64,000 bases of DNA from Diadema antillarum (taxonomy: Eukaryota): assembly GCF_040938485.1 (NCBI RefSeq), contig NW_027270908.1, positions 62,001 to 126,000 on the forward strand, written 5' to 3'. This document shows, piece by piece, positions 46,101 to 55,864 of this stretch (position 1 is the first letter of the stretch; every line of letters starts with the position of its first letter). The notes below the pieces were generated by a model. It made no database searches. It had not been told where the DNA came from and was given only the letters and a program-made list of their open reading frames with translations. The position numbers and the translations under genes are program-made.

Positions 46101-49100
46101 TATATCATACATCATGAGGTTGAAAAGAAGGGGACTGAGTATACTTCCTTGTGGAAGACCATTGCTGATGGTTTGGGGACTAGAATTTGTGTTTTGGATC
46201 CGCACTTGAATTGATCGATTCGTCAGGAAGTTATGTAAAAAGCGAACCACGTTCCCTTTTAATCCTATACGTCTTAGTTTGAATATAAGTCCATCAATCC
46301 AAAGAGAATCAAATGCTTTTTCGATGTCGAGGAATACAGCTAATGTATGCTCCTTATTTCCTAGACTTTTTTGAATGCTATTTTCTAAGTTGACTATGTT
46401 GTCTGTAGTACTACGTCCCTTCCTGAAGCCACTTTGGAGTGCTGGAATTAGATTGTGTTTGTCTGAGTACCACTGGAGACGAGATTTTATCATACGTTCC
46501 ATGATTTTAATAAAGCAGGAAGTTAAGGCGATTGGACGATACGAGGAGACATTTTGGGGGTCTTTGTTTTGTTTTGCTATCGGGGTGAGTATAGAGTGCT
46601 TGCAGGCTTTGGGGACGTGGCCAGTATTCCAGATTTGGTTTATGAGTGAAAGCATGGTTGTTCGTGCTGAAGGGGGCAATTTGCTGTAGACAAGATAGTT
46701 GATTTGATCCTGTCCTGGGGCGGATGTTTTTCCACAATCCAGAGATTTCGACATTTCGTTCATGGAGAAATCTTCATTAAGTACTGAAGGATATTTTTCT
46801 AGTTCGTCATGTCGGTTTCTCTCTAGAACGGTATCGTAGAGGGCGGTATTTGGTTTCTTTTTTCCGATATTTGCAAAAAATTGCGCAAAAACTTCAGCCT
46901 TCTCTTCATCTGTTATTACTTCAGTGTTATTTACAAATAACGCAGGTATATTCCTAGTAAATTTAAAAGAAACATTATTCATTGTTTTTATGGTTTTCCA
47001 TATTTCACTGGTAGGGGTAAAGCGGTTCAGTTTGGCGCAGTAGTTTTCCCAGTACTGACGTTTGGCTTGTCTAATAACTTTTTGAGCTTGTGCCTTCTTT
47101 ATTTTATAATCATTTAGGTATTGCTGAGACATATATTTTGCTGCTCTGTTCTTTGCTTTATTTCTTTCTCTCACTTTTTCAGAGCATTGCTTGTTCCACC
47201 AGGGAACAGCTGGACGGTCTTTTTTTTTCTTTTGAGGGACTGATTTTGAGATAATTTTTGTCAAATTTGTAATAAAATTCTCATAAAAAGTTTCCGTGTC
47301 CTCGTGCTGAATGTCAGCGGACAACAAGGTTTCAGATAATTCTGCAAAAGTATTCCAATCTGCGTTTTTAAAGTGATAACGACTTAATCGATCTTCTTGA
47401 TTTACTTCAACACTGCAAGAGAAATTCTTAATTGTTATAGCCAATGGAAAATGGTCGCTACTGAAGCGATCGGTAAGGACAGACCAGTTGCTTTTATTTG
47501 CTATGTTTGGGCTTGCCATGGTAAGGTCAAGGCATGACAGTTTGCCGGAGTATGGATCTAACCTTGTGCCTGCGCCGTCATTTAGCAGGACCAGGTGTTG
47601 GTCGTTGATAAATTCCTCGACGAGGTGACCATTGCGATTTGTGTGCTCGCTTCCCCACAGGGTGTTGTGACTGTTAAAGACATCAAGAATTATGACATTT
47701 TTAGTATCATTTCGATTGCTTCTGATTGACTGCGAAAGTGCCTCAATTGTGTTTTGATCAATCTTTTGACAGGGGTTATAGAAATTTATTACAGTCAAAC
47801 GGGAAGATTTTATATGGAGAGTTATTGTTTGGATTTCGAGTTCTGCATGAGAGGTTGGCGAGTTGAAAGGGATAGTGTTATGCACGTAGATGGCACACCC
47901 GCCTCGGGGGCCACTCTTCCTATTTCGTGGGAAGCATATATAGTTTGGTATTTGCATAATGTTTTCTTCCGAAAACCAAGTTTCTTGGATGCATATGATG
48001 TGAAAAGGGTTCTTTTCACGTGACTGTACAAATTTCTTTAGCTCATCTCCGTGGTTCTGGAGGCCTTGTGCATTCCACTGAAGTATAGAAAGGAATGCCA
48101 TAAGGACGTACATGTTATGTGCGAATATATGCATTGATACGGATGATATCAACTTTTGGGATGCTTAGTATTCGCTCTGCTGCTTCTGCTGTTGTGGCAA
48201 TCAGTTCAGATATGGACATTTCTTGTCTGAGTGACTGTATCATGCAGATCAGGAATGCTAAAAGCGACTCGGTTGTGGCAGTCAAGACGAAATTTGGGCG
48301 GTTAGTCTCTCCGGCGTTATTTCTTTTTGGATTTGGCGGATCTCTTCCTAACTCCCTGGGCGGATCAACTTTGCTAGTTTGGGTTGTTTCTGGAGTCGTC
48401 GCCATTCTTTCAATGTTTTGAGTTTGTTCTCTATGGCCTATTCTGTTCTTTATTGGGGGGTCTGCGCTTTTGTCTGTGGGAGCGGTCATGGTTTGCTGGG
48501 TTTCAGTGATTTTGGTTGGCTCTGCAGTGTTGTCTTTTCTTTCGTTGAAGACTTTTGTGGCCTGTGCATAACTTATTTTGTTTTCAACCCGGATGATTTG
48601 GATTTGCTTGGCCTTTTTTATTTCAGTGCACCCGTTGTATGCCGCGGAATGTTTCTCGTGGCATCTGATGCACTTGGGGTTTCTTTCTGTGTACAGTCTT
48701 GAAAGGAGTGTGGCCCTCCACAGCGGACACATCTTTGTTTCGAGCGACAGTTTGTTGCTACATGTCCAAGTGACTGGCAATTGTAACATCGAACGATGGG
48801 AGGGATGTATTGTTTGACCGTGAACTGTTCGTAACCAAGAAGTATGGCGGCTGGGAGGTTGGGGGTCTTGAATGTTAATACGAGTGATTTTGTGGGAGTG
48901 TTTTCTGTTTTCCCTCTCCTCAGTATGCGCTCCACTTTAGAGACTTTCTGTTTACTCAAGGCATCTAATAAGTCAGTTTCAGTGAGGTCGGTGGATATAC
49001 CACACCACTGATGACACCTTTGCTAGTGATTTCTTTTTCGAGCACTTTAACGGCTACACTGCCAATTTCGGTCATTTGTGAAAGAGACTGTAGCTGATGG

Positions 49101-50998
49101 AGGTTGGCACATTTGATAAGAATACCAGTTCTGGTTCTCTTTACGTATTCTACGGGGGTGTTTCCGGCATGTTTTTGGATGGCCTTTGCAACAACAAGAG
49201 GGTTTAAGGTGTGGAGATTTTTCCTTTCTACTGGGGTGAAATGGATAGTGAGGTTTGGTGGAGTCCGTGGGGGTGGGTTTTCAGTTTCAGACATGTCACT
49301 GGCGGTGGTATAATAACCTGTTGGGGTTTCATTAGAGTTTACGCTGCCTTGTCTGCGGCGTTTACCTCTACGTCTAAAGTGGTCTACTGTTTTGAAGTTG
49401 TCATCTTCCATATTTCCAGATGCATCCGCATCGGAATCACGGTTGAATTCCGGCGCAGAAAGCGGAGGCAGCTTGAGCGCCATATGGCGGGAATTTTAAA
49501 TGAACGGATTAGCGTGCTCTATACATAAGATGGGTTAGTGGTGGTCTGATATGAAGAAAGGAAAAAGCCCACGAATGTGCGCTTACCTTGGTTCTTTTCC
49601 TAGGGAAATCAACGTTTTCCTAGTATTCAGCTATCTATCCGGTTATATTTCAGTTGCCATCCCTGTTTTCAAAAGAATAAAGAGAGATTGGAGAAATTTT
49701 CAAGTTGGTAGCTATGGAAACTGGAGAAGCTAAGAGTAAGCGTCCATGCGTCCATGCGTCCGGTCTCAGCTCGTCAGATCAGTAACCCGTAAGTAACCCG
49801 TCCCCCTTATAAGTAACCCCGTCCCCCTTATAAGTAACCCCCGGGGCACCCCTTATAAGGAGTCTCCACGCTTTTTTGCAATGCAACGCGATAATGAAAG
49901 GACTGCGGCAATTCGCTTGATTATGTCCATAAAGCTTCACAAGTTTCCTAGTTACTCACGAAATTTGAGCAAAATCGGTTCGAGGCATCATATCTAAAAT
50001 CATGGATTTAAATGCGATGTCAAACGACCCATGCGAATGCTGAAATGCGAGCGATTACTGGCGTGAGTGTCGCCAGGCGCGGCGGCGCGGCAATGCTTGA
50101 GTGCAGACGTGGCGACTGAGTACGGAGACTTTCGTACTCAGTCGCCACGTCTGCACTCAAGCATTACTTATATTAACGGGGACGGGGTTACTTATAAGGG
50201 GGACGGGTTACTTATAAGGAGGGGCCCCCCTTGTGAGTGGGTTTTCCGAACTGATATGTATGTGCTTGTTTAATATTATAACATCACGAAAGAAGTTTGC
50301 TAAAGCTGTCATCCCCCTCAGCTGAATCATGAGCTGAACTGTGATCCGACCACTGACTAACGTTGAATAACGTGAATCGGACTTCTTCGGACTCGGGGAA
50401 GTGGGCCAAATACAAAGCGTAAGCGCTAAAGAGGAGTCGATAGCGTAGGTCTCTATAAATTTACATGATTTAAGCATTTTGATATTAATGATAAGTAGGA
50501 AACTTGCGCCGTGCGCCCTAACACAGTCACCGGGACCATGCACATTTGAACCATGGGGGCATGAAGATGGAGCCCTATAAAATTAGTAATGCTGCAGCTA
50601 CGTTCAGTATGCATGCATCCGCATCCACGCACTGGCTGTTGTTTATTTGCACTGCACTGCTGCAGCTGCAGAGCTGTAGCGAGTACTAGTAGGCCTCCTG
50701 CAGCAAGTTACAGAGCTTCGCATGCCGCGCCGCCGCGTTCAGCCCGCTGCGCTGCTGCGCGCTAGCTGGCGCTGCATAGCAGCACAGCATACCATGATTA
50801 GAATCAATCTGTTTAAAAACTTGAAGTAAAATGTGACAAACCTCCATCGTCGAGGTAATTAACACGTAGGTCATCGGGGGATGAACTATATCTACACGTT
50901 TGAGTAAGCAGATATTGTCTCCTTACGACTGCTCGTGACTTTAGCAAACCAGAACTGGCAGAAGATCGCAGCAGGAGTTTCGCCATGTAAGTCGCCAT
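32078..50998 (-). CDS. AUH: Mitochondrial methylglutaconyl-CoA hydratase (AU-binding enoyl-CoA hydratase), 304 aa with one copy of exon 4
   Basis: Exons (minus): 50998-50842, 41947-41880, 41051-40964, [40253-40074 or 39988-39809], 38111-38055, 36037-35850, 35132-35082, 33567-33520, 32155-32078 = 915 nt. Motifs: Arg/Ser-rich transit peptide, [49 protein letters not shown]-terminal [17 protein letters not shown]. Confidence 0.93.
32801..33312. mobile_element. piggyBac-like MITE
   Basis: TTAA on both sides; TIRs CTCTTTATGTGCCA(C/T)GG. Confidence 0.8.
34482..34652. mobile_element. Tigger/pogo-like MITE
   Basis: TA flanks; TIRs CAGTGCACTCCCGTTATAACGAA / rc CAGTGAACTCCCATTAAAACGAA; related copy at 42255-42437. 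Confidence 0.75.
34662..34990. mobile_element. PIF/Harbinger-like palindromic MITE
   Basis: TIR AG(C/G)CCACCGCACACTACACGAT, TAA TSD, internally near-palindromic. Confidence 0.8.
36167..37093. mobile_element. Tigger/pogo-like non-autonomous element inserted in (TA)n
   Basis: TIRs CAG(G/T)GGAAACTCG(G/A)TATAACGA, repeated ATAACGAG subterminal motifs, (TA)n on both sides. Confidence 0.8.
37160..37333 (-). mobile_element. Second copy of the (CCCTAA)n-core dispersed repeat
   Basis: The reverse complement matches 28434-28599 and adds a sub-terminal IR GGGCAATTAC/GTAATTGTCC. Confidence 0.6.
38481..38641. other. Assembly gap (161 N) in the AUH intron after exon 4b
   Basis: Run of N. Confidence 0.99.
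39809..39988 (-). CDS. AUH: AUH exon 4b (canonical-like alternative copy)
   Basis: 180 nt, CCCAG acceptor, GTGAG donor, phase 1-1; encodes [60 protein letters not shown]. Confidence 0.88.
40074..40253 (-). CDS. AUH: AUH exon 4a (divergent alternative copy)
   Basis: 180 nt, TTTAG acceptor, GTAAGT donor, phase 1-1; encodes [60 protein letters not shown]. Confidence 0.88.
40306..40518. mobile_element. TA-flanked MITE (TACTGTAAAAGTGG family)
   Basis: Perfect 15-bp IR TACTGTAAAAGTGGA; ends about 50 nt upstream of the AUH exon 4a acceptor. Confidence 0.75.
41389..41640. repeat. Diverged tandem duplication (~140-bp period) with (AAAC)n
   Basis: GGG(C/T)CCAGCAGGTCTCAAAACTCA..GTTCCTC..TGTAAAAAACAAAC occurs twice. 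Confidence 0.7.
42255..42437. mobile_element. Tigger/pogo-like MITE, older copy of the 34482 family
   Basis: TACAGTG..CACTGTA ends; shared internal AAATTCCGGTTACAACG and TTTTATTGTTTATTTG. Confidence 0.7.
44358..48101 (-). CDS. LINE ORF2: APE endonuclease - RT - RNase H - CCHC
   Basis: [19 protein letters not shown]; [23 protein letters not shown]; [28 protein letters not shown]; CPYC..HFLIEC. The GDFN motif reads DVFN. Confidence 0.92.
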   Translation of the reverse strand: MAFLSILQWNAQGLQNHGDELKKFVQSREKNPFHIICIQETWFSEENIMQIPNYICFPRNRKSGPRGGCAIYVHNTIPFNSPTSHAELEIQTITLHIKSSRLTVINFYNPCQKIDQNTIEALSQSIRSNRNDTKNVIILDVFNSHNTLWGSEHTNRNGHLVEEFINDQHLVLLNDGAGTRLDPYSGKLSCLDLTMASPNIANKSNWSVLTDRFSSDHFPLAITIKNFSCSVEVNQEDRLSRYHFKNADWNTFAELSETLLSADIQHEDTETFYENFITNLTKIISKSVPQKKKKDRPAVPWWNKQCSEKVRERNKAKNRAAKYMSQQYLNDYKIKKAQAQKVIRQAKRQYWENYCAKLNRFTPTSEIWKTIKTMNNVSFKFTRNIPALFVNNTEVITDEEKAEVFAQFFANIGKKKPNTALYDTVLERNRHDELEKYPSVLNEDFSMNEMSKSLDCGKTSAPGQDQINYLVYSKLPPSARTTMLSLINQIWNTGHVPKACKHSILTPIAKQNKDPQNVSSYRPIALTSCFIKIMERMIKSRLQWYSDKHNLIPALQSGFRKGRSTTDNIVNLENSIQKSLGNKEHTLAVFLDIEKAFDSLWIDGLIFKLRRIGLKGNVVRFLHNFLTNRSIQVRIQNTNSSPQTISNGLPQGSILSPLLFNLMMYDIPTDPAVNMSMYADDCVLWKSGKNVKFIGKKINEYLGKLNSWFSEWGFRLSDRKTTPVIFTNSIKLEKPEIKINDNVVKYQQSQKFLGLTFDQKLTWNTHINDVVDRCKPKINILKSLAGTTWGNFSKTLLMVYRALIRSLLDYGCEAYESASESSKKPLDSIQYQALRVCAGAAPATSLESLQVEMGELPLYIRRKMLTTKYHASLTRIANHPVSQSTKNCWQYEYMKEKKSRKPFGLRIQSANITTKLEPLTPPVIPFWHLSEIKISLELTEWLNKDDNPLIQKQWSLELINSKWKHQLHIFTDGSKLPNEGNSAAAFYVPSLRYSQCKRLRDHTSSYRAELSAIILALNWLEQLDLHTGAVIFSDSLSSLKAIKSQPYDDNFITEIRTIVTRLEHKGTDISLEWIPSHCGIHGNEAADSRAKEALTKPIEIYNDLSFSEIKSVLVTKYKTEWQSKWNNSTSFLKTIQSSVNFQPFTCHLSRQREMIIHRLRMGCLGLNYDLAKIAKHPTGNCPYCPTPETVKHFLIECPKYTIERAMLMAETNTNRDSDIIKLLASQNRNIQNSIITFVYRTNRLSQG
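48115..49483 (-). pseudogene. LINE ORF1 (three zinc knuckles) with two frameshifts
   Basis: Spread over three frames. A 5-nt duplication GTGGT near 49000 and an apparent 1-nt deletion near 48680. Knuckles [42 protein letters not shown]. Confidence 0.85.
50092..50165. repeat. Perfect 33-bp inverted repeat with 8-nt loop
   Basis: AATGCTTGAGTGCAGACGTGGCGACTGAGTACG-GAGACTTT-exact reverse complement. Confidence 0.95.
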
Positions 50999-51592
50999 CT
51001 TGAAAACCACGCCTCCTCCTCGGCTTGCCAGTTGCCTTACTGATATGCAGGTGGTATTAAAGAAAAAATAATAATTCTAATGCAAATTAAAACACAGAAG
51101 ATATCCATCTTATTTTGTTCAGTTAGATATTTACTATATTTTGATTAATATTAATGTTTTGGGCAATTACCTTCAAATGGGACAAAATCATCTCACTTTC
51201 CCATTCGATTGTCATGATTGTAAGTTGTGCATCATATCATATCATGCAGCGCATGCAGCGCATGCAGCGCGCGCATACGAGTGAATGAACGTACGGTACA
51301 TACATGTACCATGCAGGCATCATCAGTGGTGGATCCGAGGCTGTCGCGGTGCGTCGGTGCGCTGTGCGTGAAGTGTGTATGGTGTGTGTGATGTGTATGT
51401 CGTGTACGAGTGAACGTACGCACATATACTGTAGTACATAGTGTGGCTGTGAAAATCAACTCGCAAGGATCCAGGAGGATCGAGACGCCCTAGAAATCGG
51501 CGACAGACCGTGAAACTTTGGTTTTACGTGCTACGAACAGAAAGAATCGTGGGAGAAACCCTTTCAAACATTTTCTTCTTCGAACAGGGGAG
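50999..51592. promoter_or_regulatory. Candidate bidirectional promoter AUH / p38
   Basis: 594 nt between divergent ATGs; CpG-rich flanks; YY1-type CGCCATCTT overlapping the AUH start; GCGCATGC (NRF1-like) repeats at about 51243-51275. Confidence 0.55.
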
Positions 51593-51744
51593 ATGCAGAA
51601 GAAGATGTCTGCTTCCAATCCCAATGCTCCGCTGCCGTTGCCGCCGGGATATCATCGCATGGAACTGAACAAAACCGAGTGGGAAGTCCCTGATCGGTAC
51701 GTGCAGTTGGAGCCTGTGGGATCAGGCGCCTACGGACAAGTATG
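51593..51744 (+). CDS. MAPK14: p38 MAP kinase, first coding exon (remainder outside window)
   Basis: [29 protein letters not shown]|GTGAGT matches the p38 N-terminus and Gly-rich loop, with the phase-2 intron at the MAPK14 exon-1 position. The start could be 51593 or 51605. The symbol stands for the p38 family. Confidence 0.88.
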
Positions 51745-52008
51745 GTGAGTACAGTACATTTTTGCTGCTGCCGTCGACAGTCTACACGGGACACCATGCA
51801 CCACCACCAAGCACCACCCGTGCTTCATGCTGAGTGCTTCATAGTTCATGCCCAATGTAGCTGGCATAAGCACTGTAAATTACTGTGCAGGGCAGGGGGG
51901 CATGTTTGAATGGGTTGTTTTGGTTGTGTTGATTTATTGTTGTCTTGATTTATCGCCTTCATAGGATAGATAAAACCTAAAACTTTCGGCTTGTAACGCC
52001 CTACAGTA

Positions 52009-52537
52009 TACTTGGGTGACCCGCACCTCGTCATAGTTAATGTTTGCCCATATTTGAATCACATTTCGCCACTGAAATTCTTTGAAATCCAACTCACATA
52101 CAGGAAAAATGCTGAAAATTCCAATGGAATCACAAGTTCACTGATCGATATTGAAAATTTGCAGCTATCGTCGTCAAACGCGAACGATGCGAAAAAGTTG
52201 CGCGCTAAGGAAGGGGCCCGCAACTCGTCACCCGCTCTCCCATAGACTTAGCACGTAAAAGACGTGTGCGGGTGACCGTGATGTTCCCATAGACATACAC
52301 GTAAAAGATGCGTGCGGGTGACTTATAACACGTATTCCTATAGCCCCATGAAAATTTCAGATTTTCGCGAAAAACTGTTCGGTTTTCACCACAATTTGCC
52401 TGGTTGTGGTAGCCCTGCCAAGTTTCAAGCGTATACAGAACACAGTCCTGGGCATACATTTTTGTTCAGTGCGATCAAAACAATTTTAAGCGGGGTGACG
52501 GTATTCGGGCCCCTGACGAGGTGCGGGCACCTCACTA
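52009..52537. mobile_element. MITE in p38 intron 1
   Basis: Inverted ends sharing CCCGCACCTCGTCA, TATA flanks, internal CGGGTGAC repeats. Confidence 0.6.
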
Positions 52538-53858
52538 TACATCTTTGAAAACTGGGAGTGGGAGTATTAAAAACCCCCAGTTTTCAGCCAGCCTCCAATC
52601 CATGTTTATGGCTCCAGATTCCGGACACTTCCTTCACTTATCACAAGCCAGCAAATTCTACTGTCACAAAACATGCATATCACATCATTTCACATAATAA
52701 CTGGCACTCTCTTTCACAACAGCTAACAGGAAAATACCTGAGCTGAGGGAAATGTTGCAATTATTTCAAAGTTAAGGCAGTTGTGTACTTTGAGAAAAAA
52801 CTAGCAAGATGATCGGCACTGCTGCAAGTGTGTGCGTTATATGTGCTGTGTGTGTATGTGGATGCTGGAGCGAAAAAAGTCTGGAGATTTTGTTAATCCT
52901 TAAACTGAACAGCATGACTGTGGAAACACAAGGACAATTCAGGGTCACCATTTTGGTAGATTTTGGCCATGTACTGTTCGGTTGACAAATTATTGCAATC
53001 AGCAATTAGCGGGATATTTCTGCCCGTCTGAATGTAACCAAAGAATCTCAAGATTCAGATCTCAATTATTATCCCAAGTGAATGCGGCTATGGATTCTAC
53101 ATGTTGTATATTGTAGCTAAGAGTTTGGCAGTCTACAGGATCCATCGGATCTTCGAACGGTACACAGATATTCATGTAAAATTCTACTTAACAAACGAAA
53201 AAAGAAAAACTGACCAGAAATGAATATTATTTATGAGTACGTATTGGACTAAACCTCACTGCCAGGACGTATGCCATTATCAGAAATGATTTGTACTTTC
53301 ATATCCATGTCAAGTGTCAATAGTATCTCAAATTGCAGCAAATCACAGTACGGTACATAAATTAATAGCTAATTTAGAATCACTTCCGGAAATATAAAGC
53401 AAAGTGATTATGTGGTTGATATTGACATCAGTTTTCTTGTCATATGGTGTAAAACAAGCCACTCTCTGCAAACATGTCTAGTTTACTATCGCAGCTAATC
53501 TTTTCTGCTTGCACAATCTGAAACTAAAGTTAGCCTTCTGCAGTGTACATGTATATTATGCAACTTACATTATCTTAGTTAAGTCACTGGGAGCTAAAAA
53601 ATGATGTACAAATAATGTACAAAATAAAAGAAGACAGTGAAGCTAAGGAACTTTGAAGATTTTCAAATTTACAGCAATATGTACAAAAAATAAAGATTGC
53701 ACCAGGAGTGAGGTTGACATTAGTTGACTCCAGAGAATTTTCAAAATTTGGCAAATTTCTCTCTGAACTGGACCAGATGGGAGGAACGCTTTCACAAAAA
53801 AAACAAACAAAACTAGAAAGTGCTGAATAGAATCCTGATCCCTGTTGCATAGTATGGA

Positions 53859-54098
53859 AAGACTTCCATATGTACCCCCACTATTATACACCTAGATCTA
53901 CATTGTATGAGCTTTCTCTGAAGTCCGCATTTCATTAGGACACCGAGATCAATGTTACCCTAACTCTAACCCTAACCCTAATCCTAAACTGAGTAAACTC
54001 TAATCCTAATCCCAAAGCCACCTACACATGTAAACTTATTCATGTTAGCGATTGTTACTTATACATGATGCATAGCGGGGGGTACATATGGAAGTCTT
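53859..54098. mobile_element. TIR element enclosing degenerate (CCCTAA)n repeats
   Basis: Perfect 21-bp IR AAGACTTCCATATGTACCCCC at 53859-53879 and 54078-54098. Confidence 0.65.
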
Positions 54099-55497
54099 GC
54101 CTATAATATGCCTTTCAAGTGAGAATAACTTGACAAAGAAAGGTTTGTTTGAATGAGAATGTTCGCAGAAATGACATGCCCTTACAAAAAGTGGGGACAC
54201 CACAGCATAGTGGATAGGACTTTCAGTGTGAGGTCCTGATTTCAAATCCTGTCAAGTGCCTAGTATGTCCTTGGACAAGATGCTTTTAACCACCATGTCC
54301 CTCTCTACCCAGATATACATATTTTAAGTGTATACAGTGTATCTGGCAGTGCCCTCTATGGAGCAAAAGCACCACTGAAGAGGTAACCCTGGATAAAGAA
54401 GACCATATTAATTTATTATCAAATTACCATCATAATTAAAAGCAAACCACAGAACTGTATTAAATGCTGAATACAAGTTACTATTCAAATAAATCTTTTA
54501 TCAGCATTAATAGTGCAGTACTTTACACTGACAGACTAACACTTCATATTAGGCGTAAACCTTGCTTCATTATCTGTGATAAACATTTGTAGTGAACAAC
54601 TGTTGAGGTATGCTTGAATTCAGCATTTGGAAAATCAGATTTCATTCTTGTATTCCATACATGTACAATAGTTTGCTAGTCGGCAGCATTTATGCAAGGG
54701 TAAATGTCAATTACAGCTTCTGTAATTGTAAAGCAGGGGACCTTCAATTGTTTTAGAACTTTCTAGGGGCCTCCCCCTCACTACCCTCATATTAAGTAAT
54801 CAACCTCTGTGTGAAGAGTCCTGTGGAATCAGAATGTCATCAGATTTGAACCCAAACTACCAAAATATAGTATGTGTAGCTTTCAGAAATGCCCAAGTTT
54901 GTTATAAGTGGATCCTTTGTCCACTTGTCTTTGAGTAATAAGGCAGGTCAAGGAAATCATTATCAGCCACATGAGATATGTACACTGTACATCTCATACA
55001 AGCATATTAGTGATTTGTCAAGTGAAGACGTTACACATTGTAAAATGTGCTATTTCCTAGTCAGTGAACTTGTCCCTTATGTTTTATGAAACTAGGCTAC
55101 TATCAGAACAGGCTTACAGAAAGTTACTTGTATATCATTTGCTGAATAAAACAAACACATTTTCAAATTCTACTTCACAGTTTGTTTAAGTGCTTGGAAG
55201 CAGTGACATTACATGTATATCACTTATAAGTTTGATGATACAATGTGTAAGTACTGTAATTTGCATTGTTTACTGATGATGTGCAATAATTTTTGGATTA
55301 TTGCAAGTGATGAGGATACAGTATATCAACCTCCATTCGGTCACATCAGATGGATCATATTTGCAACCTAAGATGTTGATACCAGTACAATTTTTATGGC
55401 ATTCGTACATCTCACTGTAGGCTCAAAGTGTTCGAATTTTTACCATCTCATTCCAATCCATAGAATAGATCTCCAGCATCTACAGTAGCAACTTTAA

Positions 55498-55864
55498 AGG
55501 TCCTGTTTACCTTTGGGAGCAGTGATTTAAAAATGTTCCAAGATATCACATTTGATGCATATGCGCAGGTCTATTGTATCACAAAACATCCTACCATATA
55601 AGATTTTGGCAATAAAGCCTAAAGTATAAGGAGATATCAGTTTTTTTCTCTTTAAACCGTAACTGTAGATGGTTTAGTCTGGAAACATTTTTATTATAAC
55701 TATTGTTCATATTTTGTGTATTGTTCAACAATACTTAACATCAGTTATAAATACGAATTCAGATTTTTACAGTGGTTGTTTCTATCCCTAGCTCACATTT
55801 TAGAACTATTTTAAAGCACTAATGCAGGGATTTTTTTTTCTTCTGCAAATGGTAAATTATGCCT
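55498..55864. mobile_element. Kolobok-like MITE
   Basis: TTAA-AGG...CCT-TTAA; TIRs AGGTCCTGTTTACC / rc AGGCATAATTTACC. Confidence 0.6.

Larger units (their letters stand above)
43665..49785 (-). mobile_element. Full-length I-group (I/Nimb-like) non-LTR retrotransposon in AUH intron 1
   Basis: ORF1 and ORF2 with RNase H. 3' stem-loop TGGCAA..AGTC..GACT..TTGCCA followed by an (AAC)n tail ending about 43665. 5' UTR up to about 49780. End positions are approximate. Confidence 0.9.
43619..50258. mobile_element. Non-autonomous TIR DNA element (~0.5 kb when empty) hosting the LINE
   Basis: About 46-bp inverted ends CATATCAGTTCGG(G/A)AAACCC..TCACAAGGGGGGCCCCTCCTTATA at 43619-43664 and 50212-50258. 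Subterminal CTTATAAGTAACCCCGTCCCC repeats resume immediately after the LINE 5' end. Flanks TGCGTG/TATGTG may be a decayed 6-bp TSD. Confidence 0.8.

Noticed and set aside
48618-49483. Programmed frameshifting in LINE ORF1
   Set aside because: The shifts are explained by a 5-nt duplication and a 1-nt deletion; no slippery site plus stimulator, and not a feature of I-group ORF1.
49781-49860. Short repeats CTTATAAGTAACCCCGTCCCC as a CRISPR-like array
   Set aside because: No unique spacers, eukaryotic context, and mirrored at 50175-50220: these are transposon subterminal repeats.
32078-50998. ECHDC2 or another crotonase instead of AUH
   Set aside because: [23 protein letters not shown] and [18 protein letters not shown] follow AUH; a tree would confirm.
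53955-54015. True telomere or chromosome fusion scar
   Set aside because: Repeats are short, degenerate and bounded by element termini; same for 28490-28560 and 37230-37285.
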